Source: Candidatus Lustribacter sp. (lineage in GTDB: Bacteria; Vulcanimicrobiota; Vulcanimicrobiia; Vulcanimicrobiales; Vulcanimicrobiaceae). Taken from it: 64,000 nucleotides of DNA. Numbering within the stretch: the first letter of the stretch is position 1; every line of letters starts with the position of its first letter. The notes under the pieces were generated by a model that was not told the origin of the DNA, did not search any database, and saw only the letters and a program-made list of their open reading frames with translations. Shown here piece after piece: positions 45,903 to 55,222 of the stretch. Both the position numbers and the translations under genes were made by a program. The stretch lies in NCBI GenBank assembly GCA_965277805.1, contig OZ255842.1, forward strand, positions 2,176,001 through 2,240,000, in the 5' to 3' direction.

Positions 45903-46877
45903 CGTCTCGCGGCCTTCGAGCGCACGATGCGCGTCGGCGGCTGCCGCGAGCGGCAGCTTGCGATCGATGGTCAAACGTAACCAGCCTTTTCGGACGCCGG
46001 CAAGCACGGCAGCGGCGCGGCGTGCGACTTCCTCCGGCGTGCGGGTAAAATGCAGCAAGCCCGCGCCGCTCACCGTCACCGCCCGTCCACTATACGCGTT
46101 CGGAGAAACAGGCTCGACGGCTCCGCTGGCGGCACCGTAAACGACGATGTGACCGCGCACTTTCACCGCCGCGAGGTCGGCGGGGAACGTCGTCTTACCC
46201 ACCGCATCGAGAATCAGATCGACGCCCTCACCGTTCGTGATGCGCATGACTTCATCGGCGAAGTTCGTCTCCGTATAGAGGATCACGTCGCGCGCGCCCA
46301 TCGCCTTCGCTTTCTTCGCCTTGGCCGCGCTCGAGGTCGTTCCGATCACATGTGCGCCCAAATGCGTCGCCCACTGCGTCAGCAGCAGCCCCATCCCGCC
46401 GGCCACCGCGTGGACCAGGACCGTCGTACCGGGCCCGACCGGCGCGTACTCGTGCAGCAGATAGTGCGCGGTCATGCCTTGCAACGGCAACGCCGCCGCC
46501 TCGATGAGATCGACGTCATCCGGAATCCGGATAGCTTGCCATGCGGGCGCGAGCGCATACTCGGCATACGTACAACCGATGGCCGACGGATCTTGGGCGT
46601 AGGTCCCGAACGGCGTCGCGAACATGACGCGATCGCCCGTACGCAGTTGCGTCACGCCGTCGCCGGCAGCCTCAATCGTGCCGGACGCCTCGCCGCCCGG
46701 GATGCGCGGAAACGTGATGCCGGCGCGGCCGCCCATGCGCATGCCGACGTCCATGAAGTTCACGCCCGACGCAGCCACCCGCACGAGCACCTGACCGGCT
46801 GCGGGTGACGGCACCGGAACGTCAACGTGTTCCAATACCTCCGGCCCGCCGGCCCGCGCCGCGACGATCGCCTTCAT
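45876..46877 (-). CDS. qor: NADPH:quinone oxidoreductase (MDR family)
   Basis: GGPEVL, GVNFMD, VHAVAGGMG, GKLLL. Confidence 0.88.
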   Translation of the reverse strand: MKAIVAARAGGPEVLEHVDVPVPSPAAGQVLVRVAASGVNFMDVGMRMGGRAGITFPRIPGGEASGTIEAAGDGVTQLRTGDRVMFATPFGTYAQDPSAIGCTYAEYALAPAWQAIRIPDDVDLIEAAALPLQGMTAHYLLHEYAPVGPGTTVLVHAVAGGMGLLLTQWATHLGAHVIGTTSSAAKAKKAKAMGARDVILYTETNFADEVMRITNGEGVDLILDAVGKTTFPADLAAVKVRGHIVVYGAASGAVEPVSPNAYSGRAVTVSGAGLLHFTRTPEEVARRAAAVLAGVRKGWLRLTIDRKLPLAAAADAHRALEGRETSGKLLLIP

Positions 46878-46886
46878 CCGCAACGG

Positions 46887-47831
46887 CTATTTCGGCACTT
46901 GATAGATGAGTTCTTCAGGCTTGAACGGTGCATCGATCTGCTTGTAGCGCACCATCAGATCGATGGTCGGCTGAATCAGCGAAGGCGAGAGCGTCGCGAG
47001 GAATACCGGTCGCGCGGAAGCCTTGATCGTCGCTACGTCGGCCTTGGTATTCTTCGAGAAGATGGCAACGGCTTTGTCGGGGTTCTTATTGGCCCAGTCA
47101 GCCGTATCACGAATTGTCGCCGCAAAGCGCCGAACGAGATCGGGGTGCGCTTGCGCCCAAGCTTTGGTTGCGACAAATACGTTGACGGCCCAGATATTAC
47201 CGATGGCTGCAAACGGATCCGGCCCGATCTGGTGCGCATAGGGTTTCGACTGCGTGGTGAACGGTTCGAGGCCGATGGCTCCGTCGATGCGGCCCTCTTG
47301 CAATGTCGCCGCCGTTGCGGGAAACGGAATTTCGATATATTTCACCTTACTCGAATCGCCACCGTTCTTGTCGATCCAGAGGTCCATCGCGAGTTCGCCC
47401 ATGCTCCGCAACGGAAACGTGCCGACCGTCTTGCCCTCGAAGTCTTTCGCGGAATCGATCGGAGCGCCGTTACGCACCAGCATCGTCACGATCTTGCTCT
47501 TGGCCGAGTCGTAGCCCGACGCCGGCGCGATCGCCACGATCGCCAGTCCCTTCGCGTGCGCTTGTTCCAGATTATTGATGCCGACGGCGCCGACGTCGAT
47601 GTCCCCGCTCACCAAGGCATTGATCGTCACGGCGGCGTTCGGCTGCACTTGGATGTCGGGCGTCAAGCCGTTCTTCGCGAAAAAACCCATGTCCGCAGCG
47701 TAAAACGGTTCGGCGGAGACTTCGATGGTCGAGATCCCAATTCGCAACGTCGGATTGGTTTGGGCCAGCGTCGCCGCCGGGCCGGCCGCGATCACGAGCG
47801 CGGCAAGAATCGCTACGAGTCGTTGTTTCAC
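46887..47831 (-). CDS. NitT/TauT solute-binding protein, orphan
   Basis: Signal peptide; GFFAKNGL, AKDFEGKT. Confidence 0.88.
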   Translation of the reverse strand: MKQRLVAILAALVIAAGPAATLAQTNPTLRIGISTIEVSAEPFYAADMGFFAKNGLTPDIQVQPNAAVTINALVSGDIDVGAVGINNLEQAHAKGLAIVAIAPASGYDSAKSKIVTMLVRNGAPIDSAKDFEGKTVGTFPLRSMGELAMDLWIDKNGGDSSKVKYIEIPFPATAATLQEGRIDGAIGLEPFTTQSKPYAHQIGPDPFAAIGNIWAVNVFVATKAWAQAHPDLVRRFAATIRDTADWANKNPDKAVAIFSKNTKADVATIKASARPVFLATLSPSLIQPTIDLMVRYKQIDAPFKPEELIYQVPK

Positions 47832-48835
47832 TTGGCACCCCTAAGATACGAGCTGTCGATCAGTGCGTCGATCGGCACCTTCTTCTGCAACATGTTGAGC
47901 GAGAGCCAGAGCTGCTCTTGGCGCCGGATCGAGTCGACGTCGATCTTGCCGTCGCCGGGGTACGGCGGACCGGGAATCGCCGCGAAGACACTCCGATCCA
48001 GTCCCGACCATTTGCTTTCGCTATCGATCAGCTCCGGCGTCCATTTTCCGTTCGAAGCTGCGATGTCGCGGCACGCACGCATGAAAGCGCGCACGAACCG
48101 GACGGCGGCGTCGTGATGATCGCGCGCGAACGCCGGCCCGATCGCGAGATACGCCGTCTGGAAAGACGGGAGCACGTCCTGATAGCTGAGCCAGCGGTGC
48201 GCGACGCCCATGTTCTGGAACTCGGTCGCGAGCGGCTCGGTCACGCTCATGGCGTCGTACTGTTTGTTTCGCAGCGCGGGCAAGAAGTTCGTCGCCGAAC
48301 CCGCTATCCCGACGTTCATGATAACGTTCGACATCGTTAGCCCGGCCTTTGCCAGAATGTCGAATGCGAGAACGTCGTTGGGCGAACCGTTGGGCTTGGG
48401 TATCTTCTTCCCGCGCAGGTCGGCCGGCGTGCGAATCTTCTTCGAATCCCAAAGGTCCTGACGCACCATGAAGTAGACGGTCTCGTTCCAGCCTTTGTGC
48501 GTTTCCTCAATCGGCGCAACGATCTTGACGCCGAACCCTTCCGTGTACTGGTTGAAGAACGCCGGGCCCATCACTTGGGGGGCCACATCGATGTCACCGC
48601 GGGCAAGATACGGCGCGACCAGAACCAGCGACCCCGGAGCTTTGGAGACGCGCACGTCCAAATGTTCGTCCGTGAAATAGCCCTTGTCGATCGCCAACAT
48701 GAACGGCAATTCATCGTAGAGGCTCGGGTTGAACATCAGCCGCACGACGTCGGCGTCGGCCGCCGGCGCGGCGCTCGGCAAGAGCCCGATCGTCAACGCA
48801 ACGAGCACGATCCAGAGAATACACGTCTTGATCAT
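47828..48835 (-). CDS. NitT/TauT solute-binding protein, orphan
   Basis: MIKTCILW signal; KGYFTDEHLDV, ADLRGK; paralog of 57185-58213. Confidence 0.85.
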   Translation of the reverse strand: MIKTCILWIVLVALTIGLLPSAAPAADADVVRLMFNPSLYDELPFMLAIDKGYFTDEHLDVRVSKAPGSLVLVAPYLARGDIDVAPQVMGPAFFNQYTEGFGVKIVAPIEETHKGWNETVYFMVRQDLWDSKKIRTPADLRGKKIPKPNGSPNDVLAFDILAKAGLTMSNVIMNVGIAGSATNFLPALRNKQYDAMSVTEPLATEFQNMGVAHRWLSYQDVLPSFQTAYLAIGPAFARDHHDAAVRFVRAFMRACRDIAASNGKWTPELIDSESKWSGLDRSVFAAIPGPPYPGDGKIDVDSIRRQEQLWLSLNMLQKKVPIDALIDSSYLRGAK

Positions 48836-49866
48836 CAGGCTGCCGTCGGCGCGAGCTCGGCCAAATCGGGAAACACGTGCTCGGTCAGCAGATCGAGCGA
48901 ATGGCGCGACTGTTCGTAGGTGAGACCGCCGAAGGCGACGCGAACGGCGAGGTAGTTGATCCCGGATTCGTCGATGAAGTTCGCCAGGTAATCCCGCACG
49001 GTTTTCGGGTTGCCGCAAGCGATCAGCCCGGCCGCGCGCGCTTCGTCAAAATCGCTGAGCCACTCGCGCCGCTTCTTGATGCCGTACTGACGCGCCAGGT
49101 GCTGCGTGTGGTCGCTATACATCGCGTACGCCGCCTTGGCCAGCGACTCTGCTTCCGCATCGGAGTCGGCCACGACCGTAAACTTCGTGCTGCCGAAGAA
49201 CGGGAACTCGCTCGGATCGCGGCCCGCATTCGCCCACTCCTCGCGATAGCGGTCGCTGAGAACGCGCACGCCGGCCGGCGGCAGGTTCGACATCAGGTTC
49301 ACGCTGTGCTTCGCGGCCCACACCGCCGTCCCGGGCGAACCGATGCCGTACCAGAGGGGCGGCCGCGGTTTCTGATAGGGCCGCATGACGATCGGCACGT
49401 CGTTGAACGTGTAGTGCTCTCCCCTGAAGTTCAAGACGCCGCCCTCGAACGCGCGCAGCAGCACTTCGAGCGACTCGGCGTACATCGCATCGGCGACCTT
49501 CATGTCGGTGATGCCGAGGAAGCTCAGTTCGGTCGGGTTGACGCCGCGTCCGATGCCTAGTTCCAACCGCCCGCGGCTGAGCTGATCGAGCATGCAGATT
49601 TCTTCATAGAAGCGATATGGATGGTAGGCCGCGAGACAAAAGACCATCGCGCCGAAACGCATCGTCTTGGTGCGCTGCGCAACCGAAGCAAGAAAGACCG
49701 GCGGCGAGGGCGCCATTCCGAGCGGCGTGCCGTGATGTTCTGCCATATGATAGGCGTGAATCCATCCGCAGGCATCGTAGGCTTCCACCAGCCGCAGCCG
49801 ATCCTCGTACTGTTCACTCGTTGAAACGTCCCCGCGGTCAATATGATCGAAAGCCCCAAACTTCAT
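48835..49866 (-). CDS. LLM-class flavin-dependent monooxygenase
   Basis: MKFGAFDH, AEHH, HPYRFYEEICMLDQLSRGR, PYQKPRPPLW. Confidence 0.9.
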   Translation of the reverse strand: MKFGAFDHIDRGDVSTSEQYEDRLRLVEAYDACGWIHAYHMAEHHGTPLGMAPSPPVFLASVAQRTKTMRFGAMVFCLAAYHPYRFYEEICMLDQLSRGRLELGIGRGVNPTELSFLGITDMKVADAMYAESLEVLLRAFEGGVLNFRGEHYTFNDVPIVMRPYQKPRPPLWYGIGSPGTAVWAAKHSVNLMSNLPPAGVRVLSDRYREEWANAGRDPSEFPFFGSTKFTVVADSDAEAESLAKAAYAMYSDHTQHLARQYGIKKRREWLSDFDEARAAGLIACGNPKTVRDYLANFIDESGINYLAVRVAFGGLTYEQSRHSLDLLTEHVFPDLAELAPTAA

Positions 49867-49899
49867 CGTAACGCCGCCCGTTCGCGCGCCAACCCCCCC

Positions 49900-49948
49900 T
49901 GTCATCCCGAGCGAAGCGCCCCACAGGGCGCGCAGACGAGGGACCGCC
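49900..49948 (+). repeat. REP-like palindrome, long form
   Basis: TGTCATCCCGAGCGAAGCGCCCCACAGGGCGCGCAGACGAGGGACCGCC. Confidence 0.85.
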
Positions 49949-50000
49949 GCAACCCGCAGTCCTCAGCAGGGCAACTCCACCCAGCCAAGTACAGCCACGC

Positions 50001-51176
50001 ATGAGATTCCGCTTGCTCGCAGCGTTCGTCGCACTCATCGCGCTCGGCGCGCAAAGCCAAACCGCGCGAGCCGCGGACCCCTACGTCATCCCGGTCATCG
50101 TCGAACTGACCGGCGGCAACGCATACGCCGGCAGCACCTACCGCGACGCCCTCGTCATCTTCCAAAAGTACACGAACCAAAACGGCGGCATCAACGGCCG
50201 GCCGCTGCAATTCAACTTTCTCGACGACGAGTCGAGCCCGCAAGTCGCCGTTGCGCTCGCGACGCAAGTCCTCACCCAGCATCCCGCCGTCGTGATCGGC
50301 GGAACGCAGACCGCGACCTGCGCCGCGATCGCACCGCTGATGGTCAACGGTCCGCTCGACTTCTGCATCTCGCCGGCCTACCAGCCGCCGCTCAAGAGCT
50401 TCGTGTTCGCGACGTCTGCCTCGCTCAGCGACATCGTCCAAGCCCATCTGCGCTTCGCGCACCTGATGGGCTACCACCGCATCGCATCGATCGACACGAC
50501 CGACGCCACCGGCCAAGTCTCCGATCGCACCTATGCCGCCGCCGAAGCGCTCCCCGAGAATCGCGATCTCACATTTCTGCCGGTCGAGCACCTCAACGCC
50601 ACCGATCTCACCGCGAACGCACAAGCTACGCGCATCAAAGCCGGACATCCGGATCTCATCGTCAGCTCGTCGGCCGGTCCTGCCTTCGGGACGGTTTTGC
50701 GCAGCCTGCACGATAACGGCGTCGACGTCCCGTTCATGGCATCCGCTGCAAATCTCGACGCCCGGCTGCTCGCGCAGTACCGCACCTTTATGCCGCGCAC
50801 CATCTACTTCAACAGCGTGCTCTTCTTCGCGCGCGACCGCATCAAACGCGGCCCGCAACGCACCGCCATCGACGCCTTTTACGACGCCTTCAAAGGCAGC
50901 GAGCAGCAAATGACGCCCGGCAGCGGATTCGCGTGGGATCCCGCGCTCATCATAACGAGCGCCCTGCACAAACTCGGCCCGAACGCGACGGCCGATCAAC
51001 TCCACGACTACATCGAGAACCTGCGCTCGTTTCCCGCCGCCAGCGGAACCTACGACTTCACCCGCGGCGACCAGCACGGCCTGAGCACCGACGCCGTCAT
51101 TTTCCTCACCTACGATCAGGCCGGTAATACGTTTGTTCCCGCGACCACCGGCGGAGGCGTTCCGATCAAGCGGTGA
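50001..51176 (+). CDS. Branched-chain-type solute-binding protein, orphan
   Basis: Signal peptide; GGINGRPL, DDESSPQV. Confidence 0.88.
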   Translation: MRFRLLAAFVALIALGAQSQTARAADPYVIPVIVELTGGNAYAGSTYRDALVIFQKYTNQNGGINGRPLQFNFLDDESSPQVAVALATQVLTQHPAVVIGGTQTATCAAIAPLMVNGPLDFCISPAYQPPLKSFVFATSASLSDIVQAHLRFAHLMGYHRIASIDTTDATGQVSDRTYAAAEALPENRDLTFLPVEHLNATDLTANAQATRIKAGHPDLIVSSSAGPAFGTVLRSLHDNGVDVPFMASAANLDARLLAQYRTFMPRTIYFNSVLFFARDRIKRGPQRTAIDAFYDAFKGSEQQMTPGSGFAWDPALIITSALHKLGPNATADQLHDYIENLRSFPAASGTYDFTRGDQHGLSTDAVIFLTYDQAGNTFVPATTGGGVPIKR

Positions 51177-51250
51177 CCTCGCGAAAACCCGGTAGCCCCT
51201 TGCGTGAAAGCCGGCTGAAGCATATATTGCCGTTGGGAGTGACTGATACG

Positions 51251-52189
51251 ATGCGTCGCCGTACCTTTGCTAATCTCGCCTTGACTTCGCTGGCCGCAGG
51301 TTTCCCGCTTCGAGCCGGAGCGCAGGACGTGCCGGTATTGCGCGTCGCCTCGACCGCAAATGACTCCTACGCAGAAGCAATGTACGCAGTCGATCAAGGC
51401 TTCTTCAAGCAGGCGGGACTCAACGTCGAACTGCAAAACCTCGCCAGCGGTGCGGCCATTGTGGCGGCCGTTGCGGGTGGAGCGGTAGATGTCGGAATTA
51501 CCAATCCCGTACCGCTCATCGCGGCGATCAGCCACGGCATTCCATTTCTCTACCTCTGCTCGGGCGGGCTCATCAATCAGGCCGAGGCGGGCTTGTGCGT
51601 AACGGCCACTTCCAACATCCGGACCGGCAAGGATTTCGAGGGCAAGACCGTTGCAAGCCCTTCGATCAGCGATATCAACACCGTCGCGATTAAGGCTTGG
51701 GTCGATCAGCAGGGTGGCGATTCCTCAAAGGTCCAGTTCGTGGAAATGCCCTTTCCGACGATGGCAGCCTCGTTGCGGCGCGGCGTCATCGATGTAGCTC
51801 CGATTGCCGAGCCGGCGATGAGCGCGGCAAAGAAAGAGGGCGGCCTGCGATTTCTCCAGCCGCCGGTCTACGTTGCCTTCGGAAACAACTTTATGGTTGG
51901 CGGATGGTTTGCCAAGAGCGACTGGATCCAGACCAATCGTGATACCGCGCGGCGCTTCGTCGGCGCAATTTACGACACGGCGCGGTGGGCAAATGCACAT
52001 CCTCTCGAAAGCTCCGCAATCCTGGCAAAATACGCAAAGCTCGACCCCGACGTCGTGAAGGATATGAACCGCGCGCCCTACGGAACCTCACTTCTTCCCA
52101 GCATGATACAGCCCGTTCTCGACCTTTCGTATAAATACAAAGTCATCGACCGGACGTACAGCGCAACCAGCATCATCGCAAAGATTTAG
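51251..52189 (+). CDS. NitT/TauT solute-binding protein (Tat), orphan
   Basis: MRRRTF signal; GFFKQAGLNV, KDFEGKT. Confidence 0.88.
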   Translation: MRRRTFANLALTSLAAGFPLRAGAQDVPVLRVASTANDSYAEAMYAVDQGFFKQAGLNVELQNLASGAAIVAAVAGGAVDVGITNPVPLIAAISHGIPFLYLCSGGLINQAEAGLCVTATSNIRTGKDFEGKTVASPSISDINTVAIKAWVDQQGGDSSKVQFVEMPFPTMAASLRRGVIDVAPIAEPAMSAAKKEGGLRFLQPPVYVAFGNNFMVGGWFAKSDWIQTNRDTARRFVGAIYDTARWANAHPLESSAILAKYAKLDPDVVKDMNRAPYGTSLLPSMIQPVLDLSYKYKVIDRTYSATSIIAKI

Positions 52190-52191
52190 AA

Positions 52192-52620
52192 GTGATACAC
52201 ACTAAGGGCTTCCTACACATCACGATCGGCGTAACGGACCTCGATCGCGCCACGGCTTTCTACGAACAGGTCTTGGGCTGCACCTTGGTGCGGCGAAATC
52301 CGATCATGTCGTTTATGAAAACGGGCGAAGACTTTTTCGTTCTTACGCACACCGGGCAGCACGTCTCGCCCAACGGCGATGGACCGGTCGGGCTCCATAA
52401 TACGCTCTTCCATCACGCCATGATCATTGACGCGGAGCGCTTCGAGGGCGCCGTCGCTTGGCTAGACGAGAACGGCATCGACCATCACGATTGTACCGCC
52501 GACGGGCATACGACATTTCCGGGTCGCCGGCACATGTACGTCAAAGACCCCGATGGCAACAGCATCGAACTGGTGACGGAAATAATTCCAGACGAGCAAA
52601 GCCGGAAGTCACTAATCTGA
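52192..52620 (+). CDS. VOC/glyoxalase family protein
   Basis: LHITIGVTDLDRATAFY, HHAM, YVKDPDGNSIE. Confidence 0.9.
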   Translation: MIHTKGFLHITIGVTDLDRATAFYEQVLGCTLVRRNPIMSFMKTGEDFFVLTHTGQHVSPNGDGPVGLHNTLFHHAMIIDAERFEGAVAWLDENGIDHHDCTADGHTTFPGRRHMYVKDPDGNSIELVTEIIPDEQSRKSLI

Positions 52621-53090
52621 TGTCCGTCCCCGAGCTCGAACACGTCTTTGATGTCCGGCTCGAATTCGACCAGCGGTTGCGCTTCGGTCCGGTTCCGAGC
52701 GGCGGCAATATGGGCTTCACCGCAATCGCCGGCGGCGAGGTGTGGGGGCCGCGACTCAATGGGCGGGCCGTGCCGCATAGCGGCGGCGATTGGGCACGCA
52801 TCCGCGAGGACGGCGTGATCGTTTTCAACGCGCACTACCTGCTCGAGACCACCGACGGGACCTTGATCTACATGCGCAACGCCGGCTACGGACGCGTTGG
52901 GATGCGACCGTTAGGGCCGGGCGAGTCGTATTCCGAAGCCGAACGGCGTCAACACTACTTTCGCATTACGCCGACGTTCGAGGCGCCGTCGGGCGAACAC
53001 GATTGGCTGACGCGTACGGTCATCGTCGGCCGCGGCGAGCGGCACGATAACCCGGATCATACGCTGTTCAGCTATTTCGCGGTGCTTTAG
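52620..53090 (+). CDS. DUF3237 family protein
   Basis: IAGGEVWGPRLNG, GGDW, YLLETTDG, YFRITPTFE, HDWL. Confidence 0.88.
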   Translation: MSVPELEHVFDVRLEFDQRLRFGPVPSGGNMGFTAIAGGEVWGPRLNGRAVPHSGGDWARIREDGVIVFNAHYLLETTDGTLIYMRNAGYGRVGMRPLGPGESYSEAERRQHYFRITPTFEAPSGEHDWLTRTVIVGRGERHDNPDHTLFSYFAVL

Positions 53091-53096
53091 CAGCGC

Positions 53097-53564
53097 TTAG
53101 GTCAGCCGGTACATCCGTAACACGATGTCGTTCGGATAGCGCGCGCCGGTGCAAACGAAGATGCCCCGGTTGAGCCACTCGTACGGTCCCGGCGGCGCTT
53201 CAAAGACCGGCACGGCGCGGAAATAGTATAACGCGGGGTCGACGATTTCACCGCGGCCCAGACGCTGCATGGCGTCGGGCGGTCCGAAGCGGATGCCGCG
53301 ATTGTGCACGTGAATGCGCGCCCCGTCGTCCGTTTCGAGCACGTAGAGGGCATCGAGTTCGGCCACGCCGTCGGGACGCACGAGTTGCCAATCGGCGCCC
53401 CCCGGCAGAACGCGGCCACGCATGCGTGGTCCCTCGAACGGTCCTTCACCGATCGCGATGACGCGCCGGTGTCCACGCGGTACCGGCCCCATATCAACCG
53501 GGTCCGACAGTTTCCCGCGGGCCTCGAAGATGAATTCGAGGCTGGGATCCGGCGGGCTTTCTAT
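53097..53564 (-). CDS. DUF3237 family protein (start uncertain: ATA 53564 or ATG 53492)
   Basis: FEGPRMRGRVLPGGADW, LETDDGA, YYFRAVPVFE, YEWLN; family-like PSLEFIFE lies upstream of the first ATG. Confidence 0.82.
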   Translation of the reverse strand: MESPPDPSLEFIFEARGKLSDPVDMGPVPRGHRRVIAIGEGPFEGPRMRGRVLPGGADWQLVRPDGVAELDALYVLETDDGARIHVHNRGIRFGPPDAMQRLGRGEIVDPALYYFRAVPVFEAPPGPYEWLNRGIFVCTGARYPNDIVLRMYRLT

Positions 53565-54724
53565 GGCTTGACCGCCGGGTAGGTAGCGATCAGGGTGTTG
53601 ACGTCCTTGTCGCCCTTTCGCTCGGCCCGCACGATGTAGATGTTCTGCACGATGTCGCGCGTTGCCGGATCGACGGCAACCGGTCCGCGCGGGCTCATGA
53701 ACTTCGTGTGACTCAAGAGATCCAACGACTTCTCCGGGTTGAGGTTCCCGTGCTGCGCCGCGACGACGTTGTAGATCGCGTGGACGGCATCGAAGTACGC
53801 GATCGCGCCGAAATCGGGCGGTGACCCGGCAAGAGCCGTGATCGTGGCGATCGCTTCGCGGTTCTCGGCCGACGCGCGCTCGAGCGCATAGTCGGTCGTT
53901 GCGTACACGCCGTCGGCAAGCGGTCCGAGCGCAGGGAGTTGATTCTCGATCGTGAGTCCGGAGGACGCGAGCACTTTGACGCCGGCCTTATCCAAACCGG
54001 CATCCGAGTAGGCTTTGAGGAACGAGCGGCCGCCGCCGCCGGCCGAAACGATCGCCATGATCGCATCCGGCTTCGCGTCTTTGATCCGCTGCACGTAGGC
54101 CGAATAGTCCAAGTTCGTGAGCGGCACGCGGCTCTCGCCGACGATCGTGCCGCCTCCGGCCGTAAAGGCTTTTTCGAAAGCCGCGCCGCCGTCGATGCCC
54201 GGACCGTAGTCGAGAAAAATCGCGTAGGCGCGTTTCACGCCGTTTTTGAGCGCCCAGTTTGCAAGCGGGATAACCGTTTGCGCATCGGTATAGCTCAAGC
54301 GAATTCCGAATGGGACCTGTTGGAGCAATCCGCCCGAGGGCGAATTGATGAGGATCATCGGGACTTTCGCTTCGGCGGACACGGGCCCGATGGCCGCCGC
54401 GTTCGCCGAGTTGACGGGACCGACGATGAAATCGACGTGATCCTGCACGATCAGTTCTTGGGCCAAACGTTTGGCAACTTCGGGATTCGGACCGCCCTCA
54501 TCGCGAACGATGAACTCGACCTTTCGGCCGGCGACCGTATCTCCGTGTATCTTTTGATACGCGATCGGCGCCTCGATCGACGGTTTCATGACCCCGGCTT
54601 GCGGCCCGGAGAGCACCTGAATGATGCCGATGCGGATCGGCGGCGCGTCGTCGGCGGCGGCGCCCGGACCGATCGCACTCGCAGCGAGCGCGGCGGTGAA
54701 GAGTATCGTTATTAGAAGCTTCAT
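53561..54724 (-). CDS. Branched-chain-type solute-binding protein, orphan
   Basis: MKLLIT signal; IRIGII, VAGRKV, SPRGPV. Confidence 0.88.
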   Translation of the reverse strand: MKLLITILFTAALAASAIGPGAAADDAPPIRIGIIQVLSGPQAGVMKPSIEAPIAYQKIHGDTVAGRKVEFIVRDEGGPNPEVAKRLAQELIVQDHVDFIVGPVNSANAAAIGPVSAEAKVPMILINSPSGGLLQQVPFGIRLSYTDAQTVIPLANWALKNGVKRAYAIFLDYGPGIDGGAAFEKAFTAGGGTIVGESRVPLTNLDYSAYVQRIKDAKPDAIMAIVSAGGGGRSFLKAYSDAGLDKAGVKVLASSGLTIENQLPALGPLADGVYATTDYALERASAENREAIATITALAGSPPDFGAIAYFDAVHAIYNVVAAQHGNLNPEKSLDLLSHTKFMSPRGPVAVDPATRDIVQNIYIVRAERKGDKDVNTLIATYPAVKP

Positions 54725-55182
54725 GACGCCTTCGCTATCGCATGCTCTTCGATGAATTGCTGCAGCAGCCGAACGAGCGTCTTCGCATCGTCCCTCGCGA
54801 ACGGGCTCAGAAGCTCTTTGGCTGAGTCCGCTAGGGTGCCCATCCGCTTCTCGAGCGCAATGCCCGCGCGCGTCACGTTGAGGACCTTGCGGCGGCGATC
54901 GCTGGGATCGGTCGTGCGCGATACATAGCCGGCATCCGCCAGCGTTGCGATGACCATCGCGGCGGTCGCGTGGTCGATCGCGATCAGACGCGCAACGGCC
55001 ACCTGATCGATGCCCGGGCAGCGATGAATAGCGTGCAAGCAAATCGCCTGCGTCGGCGTGATCCCGAACCGCCCGTACGTCTCGTTGAAGCGGGCAGTCG
55101 AAACTTGCTGTGCGCGCCGGATCAGATACCCCGGGTGCGTCTCGAGTTCCGCCGCGAGTTCGCCCAATTGCTCAGGTTTCAT
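54721..55182 (-). CDS. MarR family regulator (PcaV-like)
   Basis: HPGYLIRRAQQ, DPSDRRRK. Confidence 0.9.
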   Translation of the reverse strand: MKPEQLGELAAELETHPGYLIRRAQQVSTARFNETYGRFGITPTQAICLHAIHRCPGIDQVAVARLIAIDHATAAMVIATLADAGYVSRTTDPSDRRRKVLNVTRAGIALEKRMGTLADSAKELLSPFARDDAKTLVRLLQQFIEEHAIAKAS

Positions 55183-55194
55183 GAAAAGGATAAT

Positions 55195-55212
55195 TCTTCA
55201 GACGTCTGAAGA
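55195..55212. promoter_or_regulatory. Perfect 18-bp palindrome, probable MarR operator
   Basis: TCTTCAGACGTCTGAAGA in the 40-bp divergent spacer. Confidence 0.75.
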
Positions 55213-55222
55213 TTGTCCTCCC

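Noticed and set aside
11043-49948. Repeats as a CRISPR array or IS ends
   Set aside because: Copies are dispersed over kilobases with no regular spacers, no cas or transposase gene, and all in the same orientation
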